Of a DNA stretch of 64,000 bases, positions 57,828 through 64,000 are shown in pieces. The notes beneath the pieces were generated by a model that ran no database searches, was not told the origin of the DNA, and saw only the letters and a program-made list of their open reading frames with translations. This DNA comes from a candidate division WOR-3 bacterium (lineage in GTDB: Bacteria > Hydrothermota > Tepidihabitantia > Tepidihabitantales > Tepidihabitantaceae), in contig CBFGKH010000002.1 of NCBI GenBank assembly GCA_965649295.1, positions 64,001 to 128,000 of the forward strand, given 5' to 3'. How positions within the stretch are numbered: the first letter of the stretch is position 1; every line of letters starts with the position of its first letter. Both the position numbers and the translations under genes were made by a program.

Positions 57828-59108
57828 GTGACAAATCGGCTGTCGGCGGTTAGGTTTTGGCTGCTCGGGTTTTGCACCATTGCCCTGCTCTTCGCTGGGT
57901 GTCGGCGAGCGGAGCCGGGAACTCCTATCGGAACAACCTACGAACGAATCGCGCGGCCGGCGGTCTGGCGCGTACTGCCGCGGACGCAGGCCGAGTCGCT
58001 CGGTATCCTGCCTGGTGACCTAATCCTCGCCTATGCCGGCGTGCCGATAAAGTCGGTGAGCGAGCTTTGGCAGGCGCAGGCCCAGGCTGAGACCGCCACT
58101 AGCAAGGTCGAGATTACCTTGCTGCGCGACGGTCAGGAGGTGCGGATTGCGGCGCGGGGCGGCGGTTTGGGACTCTTGCTCGACGAGGACCGCTATCCTT
58201 CGAGCCTGGCAATTGCCCTCGAAGACGTCCTTGCCAACCACGGAGCGATCGCCGAATACGATTGGATTGCTGCGGCCCTGGGCGAGAGCTTCACCTTCAC
58301 GGCAATAGCCGGTGAGTGTCCACTACAGTGGCCAGGTGCCATCACCGATGAATACCTCGAATCGCTGCAGTCGGCATTCGGCCTATCGTTCAAGACCGTC
58401 TATCTGGCTCCGCCTGAGGATACACTGGCGGCAACCGAAACAGTCGCGGTGGCGGCAGTGCGCAAAGAGCTTGAGCACGGCGCGACCGTGCTCGTCCTCG
58501 GCGAATGGGCTGATGACCCAATCAGCCGGTGGGGAATCGTCACCCGTTTTGATGGGACCGACTCGCTGCTCTATGGCTTCACAACCGGCGCGGCCACCGA
58601 GGTTCCGGTTACCGGGCTTATTGATGAAGTGTTGACTGTCGGCTACGCGCCGACCGGTGAAGTTGACCCGGCAGCCCTGCTGGGACTGGTACTCGTCCAT
58701 GCCATCGAACTTGGTCAGGCCTACGAGCCGGGCGACTGGCAGTCAGGCATCGCGGCCTACGATGTCTGGCTCGCGGCCCTCGACAGTGTGCCGTTCTGTC
58801 CGGTTTGTGGCGACCAGAGTCAGGTCTGCTTTGATGCGCTGGTTTGGAACTTGATTGCCAATCGGGAGAGTGCCAATCGTTTCCTTGCCGACATGAAAGA
58901 GGCCCTGCCCGAACATGCCGACCTGATTGACGATATTCGCACCCAGCAGAGCGGAATCATTGCCCGGCTGGAGGGCATCACCCGCAGCGGCACCACTGTT
59001 GGTACCATCGCCAATCAGCAGAAGCTCGGACGGGTCGTCGGCGAGATTCAGCAGGCAGAGATTGATCTGCAGCTACTCTACCAAGAACTGCTCAGCGATT
59101 TGAAATAG
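57828..59108 (+). CDS. PDZ-domain lipoprotein, function unknown
   Basis: Lipobox FAGC; AESLGILPGDLIL...LLRDG PDZ signature. Confidence 0.7.
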   Translation: MTNRLSAVRFWLLGFCTIALLFAGCRRAEPGTPIGTTYERIARPAVWRVLPRTQAESLGILPGDLILAYAGVPIKSVSELWQAQAQAETATSKVEITLLRDGQEVRIAARGGGLGLLLDEDRYPSSLAIALEDVLANHGAIAEYDWIAAALGESFTFTAIAGECPLQWPGAITDEYLESLQSAFGLSFKTVYLAPPEDTLAATETVAVAAVRKELEHGATVLVLGEWADDPISRWGIVTRFDGTDSLLYGFTTGAATEVPVTGLIDEVLTVGYAPTGEVDPAALLGLVLVHAIELGQAYEPGDWQSGIAAYDVWLAALDSVPFCPVCGDQSQVCFDALVWNLIANRESANRFLADMKEALPEHADLIDDIRTQQSGIIARLEGITRSGTTVGTIANQQKLGRVVGEIQQAEIDLQLLYQELLSDLK

Positions 59109-59134
59109 GCCGACCCGGCACCAAAGACAATCGG

Positions 59135-61090
59135 CTAGCGGCCGGTATCGTAAATGTCGTCAAAGGCTGGATGCCAGTCGTGGAGGTTGTTCTGGAGGCG
59201 CAAGCTCTCCGGGTCGAGGGTGGTGTTGGTCAGATAGATGCACCAGTTGCTCGACCAACCAATCTCGTTATTGACAATTCGCGGTACGCAACTGTCAACA
59301 TAGACAATCCCGGTGCCGCCAGCCCCGCCGTAGAGGACGCGGCAGCGATCGAGGGTCGTTCCCGGCTGGGTCAAGGGATAGAAGGCCAGGCCGCGCCAGT
59401 GGCCGGGCACTGTGGCGGTGCCGCTGAAGGTGATGGTGCTGGTGGTACCGACTGCCCGCAACAGCGCCGAGCCGGTGCGGCCGACGACGAGCCCGGCGCC
59501 GGCAGCGAAGAGTAGTTCGGCACCGGGGTCAATTACCAGTTGCGGACTGTCACCACCGATCTCGACAACACCGCTGACAACATAGGGCGCACGCTGATTC
59601 CGCCACTGGTGGACACCGGCAGCAATCGTGTCGGCAAGGACCGCGATGCCGGGGCGGTTGTCCTTATAGGTATTGTCGGTACCAAGCGTGGTGATGGCCG
59701 AGGCCGAAAGTTCGAGGCCGTAGCCGGTGCAATACTCAATTGTGTTGCCGTTGAACTGGCGAAAGCCGCAGTTGCGCAAAGTGATGCCGTTGCCAGCGCA
59801 ATAAGCGATGCGCGAGCCGGAGAGAGCGATTGGCGCACGATAGCAGGTGACGCCGGCCCGACTTGACCGCTCGATAGTCGTGAAGCGAAAGAGCGAGCGG
59901 AGCGTGTCGGTGCGCTGGCGGAACTCGATACCGCGCCAGCGGCCGGTCGGGTTGAGGCTGGAAAAGACGATGGCGCTGACACTGCCGTCGCAGCGTAAGC
60001 CGCCAGGCCGAGCATCATCGGCCACAAACAGACCAGCCGAATCGGCAAAAAGGAGCGAGCAACCCTCGGCAACGGCCAGCAGCGGATTCGCACTGCCGGC
60101 AACAGCCAAATCAGCAGTAATGCACCAGGGCACGCCCGGATTGGGCCAGGTTGCCGACTGGCTGAGGGTACCACCCGGGACCTCGACGCCGTTGCGGCTG
60201 TTGTTGCGAAAGATATTGCCCGTACCGATGGTTGCTGCCCAAGGAGCGTCAACCCGCACCGGAATCTCGGCGCAATCCTCAAAATTGTTGCCCTCGCAGC
60301 GGCTGAACCCGCAGCCAATCAAAACAACCGCCCGACCGCTGCTGCCTAGCCGGCAGTCGGTAAGCGTGATGGCGCAAGACTCGGCGTTGATAAGCGCGGC
60401 GCTGCCACGTTCGAGGCGACAGCGCTGCAACCGGCAGCTATCCGCCACAGCGCGGCGGCGAAAGAAAATCCCGGCCCAGGAAGCAGAGTTACCAAGGCTC
60501 GTCAGCGTAATCAGCGAATCCTGCTTGCCAATGGCAATAAGGCCGGCTGGTGCGTTACTGCCGACCCTAATCGCCACACCCGGAGCGACCAATACCCTCA
60601 CTCCTGGTTCGAGACGAAGAAACGACTCAACAAAGAGGTCGCGGTCAATCACATGGGGATTATCAGCCGCTAGCCAGGTCTCGGGCGTGGCCACAATGCC
60701 GCCATGACGAAACCCGGCATCCGGGCCGACAACGACAACGACTGGTGCGGACCGGCCGACATTATCGGCCGCATCGCGGGCAGCACAGAGCAGGGTCTCG
60801 CTTCGGCCCGGCTCAAACCGAACCGTGTTCCAGACAAACTCAAAAGTGTCGCCCTGACCGGTCGAGTCGCGGCCAAGATAGCGGTTGCCGGCATAGAAAT
60901 CAGCCGCGACGACGCGGCTTTGGTCAGCGATAACCGCGCGAATCACCGTGCCGACTAGGACCGTGTCACCGGCCGCCGGCGCGATAATCGTCACCCGGGG
61001 AGGGTCAAAATCCCCAGGCGGGCAAGCGGTTATCAATAAACCGCCAACAGCAACAACCAAAGACCAAGGCCAGCCAGACCTAATCACCAT
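59135..61090 (-). CDS. Lipoprotein with Ig-like domain and right-handed beta-helix repeats
   Basis: ITAC lipobox, DPPRVTI..P, three W.GI.F repeat blocks. Confidence 0.72.
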   Translation of the reverse strand: MVIRSGWPWSLVVAVGGLLITACPPGDFDPPRVTIIAPAAGDTVLVGTVIRAVIADQSRVVAADFYAGNRYLGRDSTGQGDTFEFVWNTVRFEPGRSETLLCAARDAADNVGRSAPVVVVVGPDAGFRHGGIVATPETWLAADNPHVIDRDLFVESFLRLEPGVRVLVAPGVAIRVGSNAPAGLIAIGKQDSLITLTSLGNSASWAGIFFRRRAVADSCRLQRCRLERGSAALINAESCAITLTDCRLGSSGRAVVLIGCGFSRCEGNNFEDCAEIPVRVDAPWAATIGTGNIFRNNSRNGVEVPGGTLSQSATWPNPGVPWCITADLAVAGSANPLLAVAEGCSLLFADSAGLFVADDARPGGLRCDGSVSAIVFSSLNPTGRWRGIEFRQRTDTLRSLFRFTTIERSSRAGVTCYRAPIALSGSRIAYCAGNGITLRNCGFRQFNGNTIEYCTGYGLELSASAITTLGTDNTYKDNRPGIAVLADTIAAGVHQWRNQRAPYVVSGVVEIGGDSPQLVIDPGAELLFAAGAGLVVGRTGSALLRAVGTTSTITFSGTATVPGHWRGLAFYPLTQPGTTLDRCRVLYGGAGGTGIVYVDSCVPRIVNNEIGWSSNWCIYLTNTTLDPESLRLQNNLHDWHPAFDDIYDTGR

Positions 61091-61905
61091 GCCTTACCCA
61101 CTGACGCAAAGGCCCAGCCGTCTTTAGTACGCTTGAGATAGATTTGCTGGCCCCGGTTACGGCCAAATGAGCCGAAATCACGACGGCGGCTGGGCAACAG
61201 GTCAACCGCCACAACCGCCACCGTCTCCAACACCCGCACGCCCGAAATTGCCATCACGAACGGCGGTGGCTGCAACCGGCAGCGAGCGGTGAGTTCATCA
61301 GCGGTCAGCCAGATTAGCACGGTTTTGTCAACGCTGGGGATACGCACCGCAGTCGTTTCGCGCTGCAGCATTAGCAGTGTGTCCGGACGACGGAAGTTGC
61401 GTCCCAGCCGACTGAGCCCGGCTGGCGAGAGGGCGTGACGGAGTGCCGCCTCGATGACAAGGCGGACGTTGGCAGTGTCCTTGCGGCCGTAGTCGAATGA
61501 GCGGTCGAGCAGGCGCGACACCCAGACGAGCTGCCAGCCGGTGTTGGTGCGAATCCAGCTCTGAAACAGGTATTGATAGTCGCGGGCGCGTTCAAAAACA
61601 ACCCAGGTCGAGACGTGGCCGCCGAGGCCGGTGACTTCTTCGACCCGCCGCCGAGCGCGAGCGATGGTCCGGCCGGCAAACCAGCGCTGGAACGCCGAGT
61701 CAAAGCGGGCAAATGAGTGCTCTTGCCGAAACTCAGGGCAGAACAACTGGTAGATGTCTTGGCTCCGGCCGGCGACAAGCGCCTCGGTGAATTGTTGCGA
61801 GCGGACGCCCAGTTCGAGATTGTCCTGAAGCCGGCCAGCCCGCAGTAAGCCAAAGGCTGCCACCGTGACGATGAGCAGAACGATACGGAGGCAGCCTTTT
61901 TGCAT
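61084..61905 (-). CDS. Hypothetical exported protein
   Basis: Long ORF with N-terminal TM, downstream of tRNA-Asp, overlapping the next gene. Confidence 0.6.
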   Translation of the reverse strand: MQKGCLRIVLLIVTVAAFGLLRAGRLQDNLELGVRSQQFTEALVAGRSQDIYQLFCPEFRQEHSFARFDSAFQRWFAGRTIARARRRVEEVTGLGGHVSTWVVFERARDYQYLFQSWIRTNTGWQLVWVSRLLDRSFDYGRKDTANVRLVIEAALRHALSPAGLSRLGRNFRRPDTLLMLQRETTAVRIPSVDKTVLIWLTADELTARCRLQPPPFVMAISGVRVLETVAVVAVDLLPSRRRDFGSFGRNRGQQIYLKRTKDGWAFASVGKAW

Positions 61906-61919
61906 CAGTACGGACCCAG

Positions 61920-61995
61920 CGGGCTCGACCGGATTTGAACCGGCGGTCTCTGCCGTGACAGGGCAGCGTGTTAAACCAAGCTACACTACGAGCCC
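61920..61995 (-). tRNA. tRNA-Asp (GTC); CCA not encoded
   Basis: GGGCTCG/CGAGCCC acceptor stem, CTGCC-CTGTCAC-GGCAG anticodon arm, GGTTCAAATCC T loop. Confidence 0.93.
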
Positions 61996-62003
61996 AGCAC
62001 AGG

Positions 62004-62032
62004 ATAATATTCGGCAGCAGCGACTGTGTCAA
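62004..62032 (-). promoter_or_regulatory. sigma70-type promoter of tRNA-Asp
   Basis: TTGACA-17nt-TATTAT on the minus strand. Confidence 0.65.
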
Positions 62033-62101
62033 ATCACCGCAGTCGAGGCGAGAGCGTGACGACAGCGCCACCGTGGGGCGGGGAGTCCTTGCCATCAGGC
62101 G

Positions 62102-62959
62102 TTGGCTTGCTATCATCAGCCAGTAGTGCCATTTTCTGGTTTGCCTTTCGCCCGAAGTATTGTCGGCCAGGCTAGCAGGCCGGCGGCTGGCGGTTTTGTC
62201 TGGCAGCCGACGCGGATTGGCCCAAGGTTTGAGTGGCTCGACCACGAGCGGATTCGGATTTGTGAAGGTCGGCTTGCCGGCCGAAGTTTCTGGCTGATTA
62301 CCGATGTCCGGCCAGACCGGGCCGCGGGTAAGCTCTTTTCGCGGGATGTCGAGGTTGGTTCGATCGCGATTGAGCGCAACCCACCGGGCCGCGGTGTCAT
62401 TCTTTGGGATGTGGGGATCAGACCAGAGCTGCGTGGCTACGGACTGGCCTCGATTTTGACGTGGTGTATGTTTCGCGAGCTACTTGGCGATCAGGAGGAG
62501 GCGACGTTTCGCATCCGGATGGTGCGCTCCTTGCGAGCCGGGGGTAGAGGAAGCGGGGTTCAGAATGTTGGGATGTGTGTGATTGCCAGCCGGCTCGGTT
62601 TTGTGCCGGATTTGGACCTGGATGCGGTGCTGCAGCCGGACAATGTGCTGAAGACAAACCTGTTGCCGGCTCGCGATGAGAATCCGCCGGGCTTGGAGCT
62701 TGTGCTGGCAACCGACCCGCTAGTGCTGGTCTGTCTAGTACTTGACCCGGACACCGGCAGGCCGGTGCGCAGTACTGGTGTCTATCTCCAGTTGCTGCGC
62801 GAGGGGGGGGTGACGCCGGAACTGGTGCGGCGGGGGGTGATAACGATCACCAACGGCAATTTCAAGTTGCCGGCCGACAGCATTGGTCGGTTCGTGAACC
62901 GGATTGCGGTTGATGCCGACGAGGCCCAGCAGTTTCTTTCTAAAATTCAGGGTCTCTAG
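62102..62959 (+). CDS. Hypothetical protein with GNAT-like motif A; start uncertain
   Basis: VGIRPELRGYGLASIL. Confidence 0.55.
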   Translation: MACYHQPVVPFSGLPFARSIVGQASRPAAGGFVWQPTRIGPRFEWLDHERIRICEGRLAGRSFWLITDVRPDRAAGKLFSRDVEVGSIAIERNPPGRGVILWDVGIRPELRGYGLASILTWCMFRELLGDQEEATFRIRMVRSLRAGGRGSGVQNVGMCVIASRLGFVPDLDLDAVLQPDNVLKTNLLPARDENPPGLELVLATDPLVLVCLVLDPDTGRPVRSTGVYLQLLREGGVTPELVRRGVITITNGNFKLPADSIGRFVNRIAVDADEAQQFLSKIQGL

Positions 62960-63014
62960 GTCAAGCCAACGTCAGCAAGACAAGCGATTGTAAATTGTAA
63001 CTTGAGGAGCTTTA

Positions 63015-64000
63015 GTGGCGAGAGAGTTTCCGCTGGAACGGGTGCGTAATATCGGCATCATGGCCCATATTGACGCGGGCAAGACGACGGTGTCAGAACG
63101 GATTCTTTTCTACACCGGTAAGTCGCACAAGCTGGGCGAGGTTCACGATGGCGAGGCGATAATGGACTGGATGCCGCAGGAGCAGGAGCGGGGCATTACG
63201 ATTACCAGTGCCGCGACGACGACGGTCTGGCGTGGTCACCAGATAAATCTGATTGACACGCCTGGTCATGTTGACTTCACGGTTGAGGTCGAGCGCAGTT
63301 TGCGGGTGCTCGATGGGGTGGTGGCGTTGTTTTGCGGGGTGGGTGGCGTGGAGCCGCAGTCGGAGACAGTGTGGCGTCAGGCCGAGAAGTATTCGGTGCC
63401 GCGGATTGCGTTTGTGAACAAGTTGGACCGGCCGGGCGCCGATTTCTATAGCGTGGTGGAGCAGATCCAGGCCGAACTGGGCGCGAATGCGGTGCCGGTG
63501 ACCATTCCGATTGGAGGCGAGGAGAAGTTTGCCGGCATTGTTGACTTGGTCAGTGATGTCGCAATCTACTATGACGACACCGATTACGGAATGACTTGGC
63601 GGGAAGAGGCGATTCCGAACGAGCTGATCGAGACGGCGCGACATTGGAAGCAGTATCTGCTGGAGAAAGTGAGCGAGGTGGACGATAGGCTGCTGGAGTT
63701 GTTCTTGCACGACAGGCCGATTGGTGCTGAGGAGCTGACAGCGGCAATCCGGGGGGCCACGCTCAAACACCAGATTGTTCCGGTCATCGGCGGGTCGGCG
63801 TTTCGGAACAAGGGGATTCAGCGGCTGCTCGATGCGATTGTCGCTTATCTACCCAGTCCGGCCGATTTGCTGCCGACGGTGGGGGTGCATCCGGGCGGGG
63901 AGGAGGTGTTGCGGTTTCCGTGGGATGAGGGTCGGTTGGCAGCGTTGGCGTTCAAGGTGGTGGCAGATAGGCATGTGGGGAAGCTGGTCTATGTGCGGGT
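63015..64000 (+). CDS. fusA: Elongation factor G, 5' part (runs off window)
   Basis: Manual translation: [25 protein letters not shown]...[11 protein letters not shown]...DTPGHVDF...NKLD; GAGGAG RBS. Confidence 0.96.
   Translation, partial: MAREFPLERVRNIGIMAHIDAGKTTVSERILFYTGKSHKLGEVHDGEAIMDWMPQEQERGITITSAATTTVWRGHQINLIDTPGHVDFTVEVERSLRVLDGVVALFCGVGGVEPQSETVWRQAEKYSVPRIAFVNKLDRPGADFYSVVEQIQAELGANAVPVTIPIGGEEKFAGIVDLVSDVAIYYDDTDYGMTWREEAIPNELIETARHWKQYLLEKVSEVDDRLLELFLHDRPIGAEELTAAIRGATLKHQIVPVIGGSAFRNKGIQRLLDAIVAYLPSPADLLPTVGVHPGGEEVLRFPWDEGRLAALAFKVVADRHVGKLVYVR

Noticed and set aside
63093..63770. 225-aa minus-strand ORF and the many other overlapping ORFs in the track
   Set aside because: Antisense or alternate-frame shadows of well-supported genes (here fusA), as expected in GC-rich DNA.

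Overview
GC-rich bacterial chromosomal window. The lineage may be WOR-3-like; this is an inference from the style of the repeated T9SS-like C-terminal module and cannot be verified here. The gene content is mostly housekeeping and envelope/secretome: partial rfbB, a UvrD/PcrA helicase, a GspE/PilB ATPase, tRNA-Met(CAT), ilvE, rpiB, mscL, a PlsY-like/GT2 pair, a serpin, rpmA, a fumarate hydratase/reductase operon, a decaying island near 21-24.7 kb, transporters, ccsA, a cluster of secreted proteins sharing a near-identical C-terminal module, tRNA-Asp and a stand-alone fusA (partial). The most striking signal is a candidate undescribed two-part system. First, a stand-alone 125-aa gene (38387-38764) resembles the DNA-wrapping major capsid protein of archaeal filamentous viruses (SIRV2/Adnaviria fold). 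Second, four apparently non-coding intergenic arrays of 20-24 degenerate 12-bp units (about 640, 14.7k, 38.9k and 51.7k) each end in a GC-rich palindromic cap, and one lies directly upstream of that gene. Twelve bp is the DNA footprint of an Adnaviria capsid dimer. All counts and alignments were done by eye; no searches were run.
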